Position numbers and translations under genes: made by a program
Notes under the pieces: model-generated
What the model saw: the letters and a program-made list of their open reading frames with translations, nothing else
What the model was told of the DNA's origin: nothing
Databases searched by the model: none
Shown: one piece after another, positions 1 to 14,400 of the stretch
How the letters are laid out: each line of letters opens with the position of its first letter
Position numbering within the stretch: position 1 is the stretch's first letter
Origin: Eledone cirrhosa
Taxonomy: Eukaryota
Assembly (NCBI GenBank): GCA_964016885.1
Contig: OZ024744.1
Location: forward strand, 434,001-498,000
Direction: 5' to 3'
Length of the DNA stretch: 64,000 nt

Positions 1-3000
1 GACTTCGTTCGTCACCAAGCTATCTTTCTCTACCTTGTCTTCCCACAAAACTTCGTTCTTCACCAAGCTATCTTTCTCTACCTTGTCTTCCCACAAAACG
101 TCGTTCTTCACCAAGCTATCTTTCCCTACCTTGTCTTCCCTCAAAACGTCGTTCTTCACCAAGCTATCTTTCTCTACCCATTCTTCTCACAAAACTTCGT
201 TCTTCACCAAGCTCTCTTTCTCTACCTTGTCTTCCCTCAAAACTTCGTTCTTCACCAGGCTATCTTTCTCTACCCTGTCTTCCCCGAAAACTTCGTTCCT
301 CACCAAGCTATCTTTCTCTACCTTGTCTTCCCTCAAAACTTCGTTCTTCACCAAGCTATCTTTCTCTACCTTTTTTTCCCCCAAAACTTCGTTCTTCACC
401 AAACTATCTTTCTCTACCTTCTCTACCCTCAAAACTTCGTTCTTCACCAAGCTAACTTTCTCTACCTTGTCTTCCCTCAAAACTTCGTTCTTCATCAAGC
501 AATCTTTCTCTACCTTGTCTTCCCTCAAAACTTCGTTCTTCACCAAGCTATCTTTCTCTATCTTGTCTTCCCTCAAAACTTCGTTCTTCACCAAGCTATC
601 TTTCCCTACCTTTATTTCCCCCAAAACTCCGTTCTTCACCAAACTATCTTTCTCTACCTTGTCTTCCCCCAAAACTTCGTTCTTCACAAGCTATCCTTCT
701 CTACCTTGTCTTCCCTCAAAACTTCGTTCTTCACCAAGCTATCTTTCTCTACCTTGTCTTCCCTCAAAATTCGTTCTTGATCAAGCTATCTTTCTATACC
801 TTGTCTTCCATCAAAACTTCGTTCTTCACCAAGCTATCTTTCTCTACCTTGTCTTCCCTCAAAACTTCGTTCTTCACCAAGCTATCTTTCTCTATCTTGT
901 CTTCCCTCAAAACTCCGTTCTTCATCAAGCTATCGTTCTCTACTTTGTCTTCCCTCAAAACTTCGTTCTTCACAAGCTATCCTTCTCTACCTTGTCTTCG
1001 CTCAAAACTTCGTTCTTCACCAAGCTATCTTTCTCTACTTTGTCTTCCCTCAAAACATCGTTCGTTCTTCATCAAGCTATCTTTCTCTACCTTGTCTTCC
1101 CTCAAGACTTCGTTCGTCACCAAGCTATCTTTCTCTACATTGTCCTCCCCCAAAACTTCGTTCTTCTTCAAGCTATCTTTCTCTACCTTGTCTTCCCTCA
1201 AAACGTCGTTCTTCACCAAGCTATCTTTCTCTACCTTGTCTTCCCACACAACTTCGTTCTTCATCAAGCTATCTTTCTCTACCTTGTCTTCCCTCAAAAC
1301 GTCGTTCTTCACCAAGCTATCTTTCTCTACCTTGTCTTCCCCCAAAACTTCGTTCTTCACCAAGCTATCTTTCTCTACCTTGTCTACCCCCAAAACTTCG
1401 TTCTTCACCAAGCTATCTTTCTCTACCTTGTCTTCCCACAAAATTTCGTTCTTCACCAAGCTATCTTTCTCTACCTTGTCTTCCCACAAAACGTCGTTCT
1501 TCACCAAGCTATCTTTCCCTACCTTGTCTTCCCTCAAAACGTCGTTCTTCACCAAGCTATCTTTCTCTACCTTGACTTCCCTCAAAACTTCGTTCTTCAC
1601 CAAGCTATCTTTCTCTACCTTGTCTTCCCTCAAAACTTCGTTCTTCACCAAGCTATCTTTCTCTATCTTGTCTTCCCTCAAAACTCCGTTCTTCATCAAG
1701 CTATCGTTCTCTACTTTGTCTTCCCTCAAAACGTCGTTCTTCACCAAGCTATCTTTCTCTACCTTGTCTTCCCTCAAAACTTCGTTCGTTCTTCACCAAG
1801 CTATCTTTCTCTACCTTGTCTTCCCCCAAAACTTCGTTCTTCACAAGCTATCCTTCTCTACCTTGTCTTCCCTCAAAACTTCGTTCTTCACCAAGCTATC
1901 TTTCTCTACCTTGTCTTCCCTCAAAACTTCGTTCTTGATCAAGCTATCTTTCTCTACCTTGCATTCCCTCAAAACTTCGTTCTTCACCAAGCTATCTTTC
2001 TCTACCTTGTCTTCCCTCAAAACTTCGTTCTTCACCAAGCTATCTTTCTCTACCTTGTCTTCCCTCAAAACTTCGTTCTTCACAAGCTATCCTTCTCTAC
2101 CTTGTCTTCGCTCAAAACTTCGTTCTTCACCAAGCTATCTTTCTCTACCTTGTCTTCCCTCAAAACTTCATTCTTCACCAAGCTATCTTTCTCTACTTTG
2201 TCTTCCCTCAAAACATCGTTCGTTCTTCATCAAGCTATCTTTCTCTACCTTGTCTTCCCTCAAGACTTCGTTCGTCACCAAGCTATCTTTCTCTACCTTG
2301 TCTTCCCCCAAAACTTCGTTCTTCACCAAGCTATCTTTCTCTACCTTGTCTACCCCCAAAACTTCGTTCTTCACCAAGCTATCTTTCTCTACCTTGTCTT
2401 CCCACAAAACTTCGTTCTTCACCATGCTATCTTTCTCTACCTTGTCTTCCCACAAAACGTCGTTCTTCACCAAGCTCTCTTTCTCTACCTTGTCTTCCCT
2501 CAAAACTTCGTTCTTCACCAGGCTATCTTTCTCTACCCTGTCTTCCCCCAAAACTTCGTTCCTCACCAAGCTATCTTTCTCTACCTTGTCTTCCCTCAAA
2601 ACTTCGTTCTTCACCAAGCTATCTTTCTCTACCTTTTTTTCCCCCAAAACTTCGTTCTTCACCAAACTATCTTTATCTACCTTCTCTTCCCTCAAAACTT
2701 CGTTCTTCACCAAGCTAACTTTCTCTACCTTGTCTTCCCTCAAAACTTCGTTCTTCATCAAGCAATCTTTCTCTACCTTGTCTTCCTCAAAACTTCGTTC
2801 TTCACCAAGCTATCTTTCTCTACCTTGTCTTCCCTCAAAACTTCGTTCTTCACCAAGCTATCTTTCCCTACCTTTTTTTCCCCCAAAACACCGTTCTTCA
2901 CCAAAACTATCTTTCTCTACCTTGTCTTCCCCCAAAACTTCGTTCTTCACAAGCTATCCTTCTCTACCTTGTCTTCCCTCAAAACTTCGTTCTTCACCAA

Positions 3001-6000
3001 GCTATCTTTCTCTACCTTGTCTTCCCTCAAAACTTCGTTCTTGATCAAGCTATCTTTCTATACCTTGTCTTCCATCAAACTTCGTTCTTCACCAAGCTAT
3101 CTTTCTCTACCTTGTCTTCCCTCAAAACTTCGTTCTTCACCAAGCTATCTTTCTCTATCTTGTCTTCCCTCAAAACTCCGTTCTTCATCAAGCTATCGTT
3201 CTCTACTTTGTCTTCCCTCAAAACGTCGTTCTTCACCAAGCTATCTTTCTCTACCTTGTCTTCCCTCAAAACTTCGTTCGTTCTTCACCAAGCTATCTTT
3301 CTCTACCTTGTCTTCCCCCAAAACTTCGTTCTTCACAAGCTATCCTTCTCTACCTTGTCTTCCCTCAAAACTTCGTTCTTCACCAAGCTATCTTTCTCTA
3401 CCTTGTCTTCCCTCAAAACTTCGTTCTTGATCAAGCTATCTTTCTCTACCTTGTCTTCCCACAAAACTTCGTTCTTCATCAAGCTATCTTTCTCTACCTT
3501 GTCTCCCCTCAAAACGTCGTTCTTCACCAAGCTATCTTTCTCTACCTTGTCTTCCCCCAAAACTTCGTTCTTCACCATGCTATCTTTCTCTACCTTGTCT
3601 TCCCACAAAACGTCGTTCTTCACCAAGCTCTCTTTCTCTACCTTGTCTTCCCTCAAAACTTCGTTCTTCACCAGGCTATCTTTCTCTACCCTGTCTTCCC
3701 CCAAAACTTCGTTCCTCACCAAGCTATCTTTCTCTACCTTGTCTTCCCTCAAAACTTCGTTCTTCACCAAGCTATCTTTCTCTACCTTTTTTTCCCCCAA
3801 AACTTCGTTCTTCACCAAACTATCTTTATCTACCTTCTCTTCCCTCAAAACTTCGTTCTTCACCAAGCTAACTTTCTCTACCTTGTCTTCCCTCAAAACT
3901 TCGTTCTTCATCAAGCAATCTTTCTCTACCTTGTCTTCCTCAAAACTTCGTTCTTCACCAAGCTATCTTTCTCTACCTTGTCTTCCCTCAAAACTTCGTT
4001 CTTCACCAAGCTATCTTTCCCTACCTTTTTTTCCCCCAAAACACCGTTCTTCACCAAAACTATCTTTCTCTACCTTGTCTTCCCCCAAAACTTCGTTCTT
4101 CACAAGCTATCCTTCTCTACCTTGTCTTCCCTCAAAACTTCGTTCTTCACCAAGCTATCTTTCTCTACCTTGTCTTCCCTCAAAACTTCGTTCTTGATCA
4201 AGCTATCTTTCTATACCTTGTCTTCCATCAAACTTCGTTCTTCACCAAGCTATCTTTCTCTACCTTGTCTTCCCTCAAAACTTCGTTCTTCACCAAGCTA
4301 TCTTTCTCTATCTTGTCTTCCCTCAAAACTCCGTTCTTCATCAAGCTATCGTTCTCTACTTTGTCTTCCCTCAAAACGTCGTTCTTCACCAAGCTATCTT
4401 TCTCTACCTTGTCTTCCCTCAAAACTTCGTTCGTTCTTCACCAAGCTATCTTTCTCTACCTTGTCTTCCCCCAAAACTTCGTTCTTCACAAGCTATCCTT
4501 CTCTACCTTGTCTTCCCTCAAAACTTCGTTCTTCACCAAGCTATCTTTCTCTACCTTGTCTTCCCTCAAAACTTCGTTCTTGATCAAGCTATCTTTCTCT
4601 ACCTTGTCTTCCCACAAAACTTCGTTCTTCATCAAGCTATCTTTCTCTACCTTGTCTCCCCTCAAAACGTCGTTCTTCACCAAGCTATCTTTCTCTACCT
4701 TGTCTTCCCCCAAAACTTCGTTCTTCACCAAGCTATCTTTCTCTACCTTGTCTACCCCCAAAACTTCGTTCTTCACAAGCTATCCTTCTCTACCTTGTCT
4801 TCCCTCAAAACTTCGTTCTTCACCAAGCTATCTTTCTCTACCTTGTCTTCCCTCAAAACTTCGTTCGTTCTTCACCAAGCTATCTTTCTCTACCTTGTCT
4901 TCCCCCAAAACTTCGTTCTTCACAAGCTATCCTTCTCTACCTTGTCTTCCCTCAAAACTTCGTTCTTCACCAAGCTATCTTTCTCTACCTTGTCTTCCCT
5001 CAAAACTTCGTTCGTTCTTCACCAAGCTATCTTTCTCTACCTTGTCTTCCCCCAAAACTTCGTTCTTCACAAGCTATCCTTCTCTACCTTGTCTTCCCTC
5101 AAAACTTCGTTCTTCACCAAGCTATCTTTCTCTACCTTGTCTTCCCTCAAAACTTCGTTCTTGATCAAGCTATCTTTCTCTACCTTGCATTCCCTCAAAA
5201 CTTCGTTCTTCACCAAGCTATCTTTCTCTACCTTGTCTTCCCTCAAAACTTCGTTCTTCACCAAGCTATCTTTCTCTACCTTGTCTTCCCTCAAAACTTC
5301 GTTCTTCACAAGCTATCCTTCTCTACCTTGTCTTCGCTCAAAACTTCGTTCTTCACCAAGCTATCTTTCTCTACCTTGTCTTCCCTCAAAACTTCATTCT
5401 TCACCAAGCTATCTTTCTCTACTTTGTCTTCCCTCAAAACATCGTTCGTTCTTCATCAAGCTATCTTTCTCTACCTTGTCTTCCCTCAAGACTTCGTTCG
5501 TCACCAAGCTATCTTTCTCTACCTTGTCTTCCCACAAAACTTCGTTCTTCACCAAGCTATCTTTCTCTACCTTGTCTTCCCACAAAACGTCGTTCTTCAC
5601 CAAGCTATCTTTCCCTACCTTGTCTTCCCTCAAAACGTCGTTCTTCACCAAGCTATCTTTCTCTACCCATTCTTCTCACAAAACTTCGTTCTTCACCAAG
5701 CTCTCTTTCTCTACCTTGTCTTCCCTCAAAACTTCGTTCTTCACCAGGCTATCTTTCTCTACCCTGTCTTCCCCCAAAACTTCGTTCCTCACCAAGCTAT
5801 CTTTCTCTACCTTGTCTTCCCTCAAAACTTCGTTCTTCACCAAGCTATCTTTCTCTACCTTTTTTTCCCCCAAAACTTCGTTCTTCACCAAACTATCTTT
5901 CTCTACCTTCTCTACCCTCAAAACTTCGTTCTTCACCAAGCTAACTTTCTCTACCTTGTCTTCCCTCAAAACTTCGTTCTTCATCAAGCAATCTTTCTCT

Positions 6001-9000
6001 ACCTTGTCTTCCCTCAAAACTTCGTTCTTCACCAAGCTATCTTTCTCTATCTTGTCTTCCCTCAAAACTTCGTTCTTCACCAAGCTATCTTTCCCTACCT
6101 TTATTTCCCCCAAAACTCCGTTCTTCACCAAACTATCTTTCTCTACCTTGTCTTCCCCCAAAACTTCGTTCTTCACAAGCTATCCTTCTCTACCTTGTCT
6201 TCCCTCAAAACTTCGTTCTTCACCAAGCTATCTTTCTCTACCTTGTCTTCCCTCAAAATTCGTTCTTGATCAAGCTATCTTTCTATACCTTGTCTTCCAT
6301 CAAAACTTCGTTCTTCACCAAGCTATCTTTCTCTACCTTGTCTTCCCTCAAAACTTCGTTCTTCACCAAGCTATCTTTCTCTATCTTGTCTTCCCTCAAA
6401 ACTCCGTTCTTCATCAAGCTATCGTTCTCTACTTTGTCTTCCCTCAAAACTTCGTTCTTCACAAGCTATCCTTCTCTACCTTGTCTTCGCTCAAAACTTC
6501 GTTCTTCACCAAGCTATCTTTCTCTACTTTGTCTTCCCTCAAAACATCGTTCGTTCTTCATCAAGCTATCTTTCTCTACCTTGTCTTCCCTCAAGACTTC
6601 GTTCGTCACCAAGCTATCTTTCTCTACATTGTCCTCCCCCAAAACTTCGTTCTTCTTCAAGCTATCTTTCTCTACCTTGTCTTCCCTCAAAACGTCGTTC
6701 TTCACCAAGCTATCTTTCTCTACCTTGTCTTCCCACACAACTTCGTTCTTCATCAAGCTATCTTTCTCTACCTTGTCTTCCCTCAAAACGTCGTTCTTCA
6801 CCAAGCTATCTTTCTCTACCTTGTCTTCCCCCAAAACTTCGTTCTTCACCAAGCTATCTTTCTCTACCTTGTCTACCCCCAAAACTTCGTTCTTCACCAA
6901 GCTATCTTTCTCTACCTTGTCTTCCCACAAAATTTCGTTCTTCACCAAGCTATCTTTCTCTACCTTGTCTTCCCACAAAACGTCGTTCTTCACCAAGCTA
7001 TCTTTCCCTACCTTGTCTTCCCTCAAAACGTCGTTCTTCACCAAGCTATCTTTCTCTACCTTGACTTCCCTCAAAACTTCGTTCTTCACCAAGCTATCTT
7101 TCTCTACCTTGTCTTCCCTCAAAACTTCGTTCTTCACCAAGCTATCTTTCTCTATCTTGTCTTCCCTCAAAACTCCGTTCTTCATCAAGCTATCGTTCTC
7201 TACTTTGTCTTCCCTCAAAACGTCGTTCTTCACCAAGCTATCTTTCTCTACCTTGTCTTCCCTCAAAACTTCGTTCGTTCTTCACCAAGCTATCTTTCTC
7301 TACCTTGTCTTCCCCCAAAACTTCGTTCTTCACAAGCTATCCTTCTCTACCTTGTCTTCCCTCAAAACTTCGTTCTTCACCAAGCTATCTTTCTCTACCT
7401 TGTCTTCCCTCAAAACTTCGTTCTTGATCAAGCTATCTTTCTCTACCTTGCATTCCCTCAAAACTTCGTTCTTCACCAAGCTATCTTTCTCTACCGTGTC
7501 TTCCCTCAAAACTTCGTTCTTCACCAAGCTATCTTTCTCTACCTTGTCTTCCCTCAAAACTTCGTTCTTCACAAGCTATCCTTCTCTACCTTGTCTTCGC
7601 TCAAAACTTCGTTCTTCACCAAGCTATCTTTCTCTACCTTGTCTTCCCTCAAAACTTCATTCTTCACCAAGCTATCTTTCTCTACTTTGTCTTCCCTCAA
7701 AACATCGTTCGTTCTTCATCAAGCTATCTTTCTCTACCTTGTCTTCCCTCAAGACTTCGTTCGTCACCAAGCTATCTTTCTCTACCTTGTCTTCCCCCAA
7801 AACTTCGTTCTTCACCAAGCTATCTTTCTCTACCTTGTCTACCCCCAAAACTTCGTTCTTCACCAAGCTATCTTTCTCTACCTTGTCTTCCCACAAAACT
7901 TCGTTCTTCACCATGCTATCTTTCTCTACCTTGTCTTCCCACAAAACGTCGTTCTTCACCAAGCTATCTTTCCCTACCTTGTCTTCCCTCAAAACGTCGT
8001 TCTTCACCAAGCTATCTTTCTCTACCCATTCTTCTCTCAAAACTTCGTTCTTCACCAAGCTCTCTTTCTCTACCTTGTCTTCCCTCAAAACTTCGTTCTT
8101 CACCAGGCTATCTTTCTCTACCCTGTCTTCCCCCAAAACTTCGTTCCTCACCAAGCTATCTTTCTCTACCTTGTCTTCCCTCAAAACTTCGTTCTTCACC
8201 AAGCTATCTTTCTCTACCTTTTTTTCCCCCAAAACTTCGTTCTTCACCAAACTATCTTTATCTACCTTCTCTTCCCTCAAAACTTCGTTCTTCACCAAGC
8301 TAACTTTCTCTACCTTGTCTTCCCTCAAAACTTCGTTCTTCATCAAGCAATCTTTCTCTACCTTGTCTTCCTCAAAACTTCGTTCTTCACCAAGCTATCT
8401 TTCTCTACCTTGTCTTCCCTCAAAACTTCGTTCTTCACCAAGCTATCTTTCCCTACCTTTTTTTCCCCCAAAACTCCGTTCTTCACCAAAACTATCTTTC
8501 TCTACCTTGTCTTCCCCCAAAACTTCGTTCTTCACAAGCTATCCTTCTCTACCTTGTCTTCCCTCAAAACTTCGTTCTTCACCAAGCTATCTTTCTCTAC
8601 CTTGTCTTCCCTCAAAACTTCGTTCTTGATCAAGCTATCTTTCTATACCTTGTCTTCCATCAAACTTCGTTCTTCACCAAGCTATCTTTCTCTACCTTGT
8701 CTTCCCTCAAAACTTCGTTCTTCACCAAGCTATCTTTCTCTATCTTGTCTTCCCTCAAAACTCCGTTCTTCATCAAGCTATCGTTCTCTACTTTGTCTTC
8801 CCTCAAAACGTCGTTCTTCACCAAGCTATCTTTCTCTACCTTGTCTTCCCTCAAAACTTCGTTCGTTCTTCACCAAGCTATCTTTCTCTACCTTGTCTTC
8901 CCCCAAAACTTCGTTCTTCACAAGCTATCCTTCTCTACCTTGTCTTCCCTCAAAACTTCGTTCTTCACCAAGCTATCTTTCTCTACCTTGTCTTCCCTCA

Positions 9001-12000
9001 AAACTTCGTTCTTGATCAAGCTATCTTTCTCTACCTTGTCTTCCCACAAAACTTCGTTCTTCATCAAGCTATCTTTCTCTACCTTGTCTCCCCTCAAAAC
9101 GTCGTTCTTCACCAAGCTATCTTTCTCTACCTTGTCTTCCCCCAAAACTTCGTTCTTCACCAAGCTATCTTTCTCTACCTTGTCTACCCCCAAAACTTCG
9201 TTCTTCACAAGCTATCCTTCTCTACCTTGTCTTCCCTCAAAACTTCGTTCTTCACCAAGCTATCTTTCTCTACCTTGTCTTCCCTCAAAACTTCGTTCGT
9301 TCTTCACCAAGCTATCTTTCTCTACCTTGTCTTCCCCCAAAACTTCGTTCTTCACAAGCTATCCTTCTCTACCTTGTCTTCCCTCAAAACTTCGTTCTTC
9401 ACCAAGCTATCTTTCTCTACCTTGTCTTCCCTCAAAACTTCGTTCTTGATCAAGCTATCTTTCTCTACCTTGCATTCCCTCAAAACTTCGTTCTTCACCA
9501 AGCTATCTTTCTCTACCTTGTCTTCCCTCAAAACTTCGTTCTTCACCAAGCTATCTTTCTCTACCTTGTCTTCCCTCAAAACTTCGTTCTTCACAAGCTA
9601 TCCTTCTCTACCTTGTCTTCGCTCAAATCTTCGTTCTTCACCAAGCTATCTTTCTCTACCTTGTCTTCCCTCAAAACTTCATTCTTCACCAAGCTATCTT
9701 TCTCTACTTTGTCTTCCCTCAAAACATCGTTCGTTCTTCATCAAGCTATCTTTCTCTACCTTGTCTTCCCTCAAGACTTCGTTCGTCACCAAGCTATCTT
9801 TCTCTACCTTGTCTTCCCCCAAAACTTCGTTCTTCACCAAGCTATCTTTCTCTACCTTGTCTACCCCCAAAACTTCGTTCTTCACCAAGCTATCTTTCTC
9901 TACCTTGTCTTCCCACAAAACTTCGTTCTTCACCAAGCTATCTTTCTCTACCTTGTCTTCCCACAAAACGTCGTTCTTCACCAAGCTATCTTTCCCTACC
10001 TTGTCTTCCCTCAAAACGTCGTTCTTCACCAAGCTATCTTTCTCTACCCATTCTTCTCTCAAAACTTCGTTCTTCACCAAGCTCTCTTTCTCTACCTTGT
10101 CTTCCCTCAAAACTTCGTTCTTCACCAGGCTATCTTTCTCTACCCTGTCTTCCCCCAAAACTTCGTTCCTCACCAAGCTATCTTTCTCTACCTTGTCTTC
10201 CCTCAAAACTTCGTTCTTCACCAAGCTATCTTTCTCTACCTTTTTTTCCCCCAAAACTTCGTTCTTCACCAAACTATCTTTATCTACCTTCTCTTCCCTC
10301 AAAACTTCGTTCTTCACCAAGCTAACTTTCTCTACCTTGTCTTCCCTCAAAACTTCGTTCTTCATCAAGCAATCTTTCTCTACCTTGTCTTCCTCAAAAC
10401 TTCGTTCTTCACCAAGCTATCTTTCTCTACCTTGTCTTCCCTCAAAACTTCGTTCTTCACCAAGCTATCTTTCCCTACCTTTTTTTCCCCCAAAACTCCG
10501 TTCTTCACCAAAACTATCTTTCTCTACCTTGTCTTCCCCCAAAACTTCGTTCTTCACAAGCTATCCTTCTCTACCTTGTCTTCCCTCAAAACTTCGTTCT
10601 TCACCAAGCTATCTTTCTCTACCTTGTCTTCCCTCAAAACTTCGTTCTTGATCAAGCTATCTTTCTATACCTTGTCTTCCATCAAACTTCGTTCTTCACC
10701 AAGCTATCTTTCTCTACCTTGTCTTCCCTCAAAACTTCGTTCTTCACCAAGCTATCTTTCTCTATCTTGTCTTCCCTCAAAACTCCGTTCTTCATCAAGC
10801 TATCGTTCTCTACTTTGTCTTCCCTCAAAACGTCGTTCTTCACCAAGCTATCTTTCTCTACCTTGTCTTCCCTCAAAACTTCGTTCGTTCTTCACCAAGC
10901 TATCTTTCTCTACCTTGTCTTCCCCCAAAACTTCGTTCTTCACAAGCTATCCTTCTCTACCTTGTCTTCCCTCAAAACTTCGTTCTTCACCAAGCTATCT
11001 TTCTCTACCTTGTCTTCCCTCAAAACTTCGTTCTTGATCAAGCTATCTTTCTCTACCTTGTCTTCCCACAAAACTTCGTTCTTCATCAAGCTATCTTTCT
11101 CTACCTTGTCTCCCCTCAAAACGTCGTTCTTCACCAAGCTATCTTTCTCTACCTTGTCTACCCCCAAAACTTCGTTCTTCACCAAGCTATCTTTCTCTAC
11201 CTTGTCTTCCCACAAAACTTCGTTCTTCACCAAGCTATCTTTCTCTACCTTGTCTTCCCACAAAACGTCGTTCTTCACCAAGCTATCTTTCCCTACCTTG
11301 TCTTCCCTCAAAACGTCGTTCTTCACCAAGCTATCTTTCTCTACCCATTCTTCTCTCAAAACTTCGTTCTTCACCAAGCTCTCTTTCTCTACCTTGTCTT
11401 CCCTCAAAACTTCGTTCTTCACCAGGCTATCTTTCTCTACCCTGTCTTCCCCCAAAACTTCGTTCCTCACCAAGCTATCTTTCTCTACCTTGTCTTCCCT
11501 CAAAACTTCGTTCATCACCAAGCTATCTTTCTCTACCTTTTTTTCCCCCAAAACTTCGTTCTTCACCAAACTATATTTCTCTACCTTCTCTTCCCTCAAA
11601 ACTTCGTTCTTCACCAAGCTAACTTTCTCTACCTTGTCTTCCCTCAAAACTTCGTTCTTCATCAAGCAATCTTTCTCTACCTTGTCTTCCTCAAAACTTC
11701 GTTCTTCACCAAGCTATCTTTCTCTACCTTGTCTTCCCTCAAAACTTCGTTCTTCACCAAGCTATCTTTCTCTACCTTGTCTTCCCTCAAAACTTCGTTC
11801 TTGATCAAGCTATCTTTCTATACCTTGTCTTCCATCAAACTTCGTTCTTCACCAAGCTATCTTTCTCTACCTTGTCTTCCCTCAAAACTTCGATCTTCAC
11901 CAAGCTATCTTTCTCTATCTTGTCTTCCCTCAAAACTCCGTTCTTCATCAAGCTATCGTTCTCTACTTTGTCTTCCCTCAAAACGTCGTTCTTCACCAAG

Positions 12001-14400
12001 CTATCTTTCTCTACCTTGTCTTCCCTCAAAACTTCGTTCGTTCTTCACCAAGCTATCTTTCTCTACCTTGTCTTCCCCCAAAACTTCGTTCTTCACAAGC
12101 TATCCTTCTCTACCTTGTCTTCCCTCAAAACTTCGTTCTTCACCAAGCTATCTTTCTCTACCTTGTCTTCCCTCAAAACTTCGTTCTTGATCAAGCTATC
12201 TTTCTCTACCTTGCATTCCCTCAAAACTTCGTTCTTCACCAAGCTATCTTTCTCTACCTTGACTTCCCTCAAAACTTCGTTCTTCACCAAGCTATCTTTC
12301 TCTACCTTGTCTTCCCTCAAAAATTCGTTCTTCACCAAGCTATCTTTCTCTACCTTTTTTTCCCCCAAAACTTCGTTCTTCACCAAACTATCTTTCTCTA
12401 CCTTGTCTTCCCTCAAAACTTCGTTCGTTCTTCACCAAGCTATCTTACTCCACGTTGTCTTCCCCCAAAACTTCGTTCTTCACAAGCTATCCTTCTCTAC
12501 CTTGTCTTCCCTCAAAACTTCGTTCTTCACCAAGCTATCTTTCTCTACCTTGTCTTCCCTCAAAACTTCGTTCTTGATCAAGCTATCTTTCTCTACCTTG
12601 TCTTCCCTCAAAACTTCGTTCTTCACTAAGCTATCTTTCTCTACCTTATCTTCCCTCAAAACTTCGTTCTTCACCAAGCTATCTTTCTCTACCTTGTCTT
12701 CCCTCAAAACTTCGTTCGTTCTTCACCAAGCTATCTTTCTCTACCTTGTCTTCCCTCAAAACTTCGTTCTTGATCAAGCTATCTTTCTCTACCTTGTCTT
12801 CCCCCAAAACTTCGTTCTTCACAAGCTATCCTTCTCTACCTTGTCTTCCCTCAAAACTTCGTTCTTCACCAAGCTATCTTTCTCTACCTTGTCTTCCCTC
12901 AAAACTTCGTTCTTGATCAAGCTATCTTTCTCTACCTTGTCTTCCCTCAAAACTTCGTTCCTCACCAAGCTATCTTTCTCTACCTTGTCTTCCCTCAAAA
13001 CTTCGTTCTTCACCAAGCTATCTTTCTCTACCTTTTTTTCCCCCAAAACTTTGTTCTTCACCAAACTATCTTTCTCTACCTTCTCTTCCCTCAAAACTTC
13101 GTTCTTCACCAAGCTAACTTTCTCTACCTTGTCTTCCCTCAAAACTTCGTTCTTCATCAAGCAATCTTTCTCTACCTTGTCTTCCCTCAAAACTTCGTTC
13201 TTCACCAAGCTATCTTTCTCTACCTTGTCTTCCCTCAAAACTTCGTTCTTCACCAAGCTATCTTTCCCTACCTTTTTTTCCCCCAAAACTCCGTTCTTCA
13301 CCAAACTATCTTTCTCTACCTTGTCTTCCCTCAAAACTTCGTTCTTCACCAAGCTCTCTTTCTCTATCTTGTCTTCCCTCAAAACTCCGTTCTTCATCAA
13401 GCTATCGTTCTCTACTTTGTCTTCCCTCGAAACGTCGTTCTTCACCAAGCTATCTTTCTCTACCTTGTCTTCCCTCAAAACTTCGTTCGTTCTTCACCAA
13501 GCTATCATTCTCTACCTTGTCTTCCCCCAAAACTTCGTTCTTCACAAGCTATCCTTCTCTACCTTGTCTTCCCTCAAAACTTTGTTCTTCACCAAGCTAT
13601 CTTTCTCTACCTTGTCTTCCCTCAAAACTTCGTTCTTGATCAAGCTATCTTTCTATACCTTGTCTTCCATCAAAACTTCGTTCTTCACCAAGCTATCTTT
13701 CTCTACCTTGTCTTCCCTCAAAACTTCGTTCTTCACCAAGCTATCTTTCTCTATCTTGTCTTCCCTCAAAACTCCGTTCTTCATCAAGCTATCGTTCTCT
13801 ACTTTGTCTTCCCTCAAAACGTCGTTCTTCACCAAGCTATCTTTCTCTACCTTGTCTTCCCTCAAAACTTCGTTCGTTCTTCACCAAGCTATCTTTCTCT
13901 ACCTTGTCTTCCCCCAACACTTCGTTCTTCACAAGCTATCCTTCTCTACATTGTCTTCCCTCAAAACTTCGTTCTTCACCAAGCTATCTTTCTCTACCTT
14001 GTCTTCCCTCAAAACTTCGTTCTTGATCAAGCTATCTTTCTCTACCTTGTCTTCCCACAAAACTTCGTTCTTCACTAAGCTAACTTTCTCTACCTTATCT
14101 TCCCTCAAAACTTCGTTCTTCACCAAGCTATCTTTCTCTACCTTGTCTTCCCTCAAAACTTCGTTCGCTCTTCACCAAGCTATCTTTCTCTACCTTGTCT
14201 TCCCCCAAAACTTCGTTCTTCACAAGCTATCCATCTCTACCTTGTCTTCCCTCAAAACTTCGTTCTTCACCAAGCTATCTTTCTCTACCTTGTCTACCCT
14301 CAAAACTTCGTTCTTGATCAAGCTATCTTTCTCTACCTTGTCTTCCCTCAAAACTTCGTTCTTCACCAAGCTATCTTTCTCTACCTTGTCTTCCCTCAAA
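1..14400 (-). repeat. Left-arm variant domain A (HOR periods about 147, 1153, 2022 and 5489 bp)
   Basis: Diagnostic variants: 4-bp duplication TTCGTTCGTT, 1-bp deletion CACAAGCTATCC, TTGATCAAG, CTTCGCTC. Recurring ORF-track offsets: 187/5676 and 777/6266 (5489), 3075/4228 and 10682/11835 (1153), 7330/9352 and 8660/10682 (2022). Right boundary approximate. Confidence 0.8.

Noticed and set aside
50-70. CENP-B box similarity (CTTCGTT in every monomer)
   Set aside because: Only the 5' CTTCGTT matches. The essential A and CGGG positions of NTTCGNNNNANNCGGGN are absent (the sequence reads CTTCGTTCTTCACCAAG).
4774-5070. 147-bp trimer equal to the nucleosome core length
   Set aside because: It occurs only a few times (48+52+47) and is not the dominant period, so coincidence cannot be excluded.
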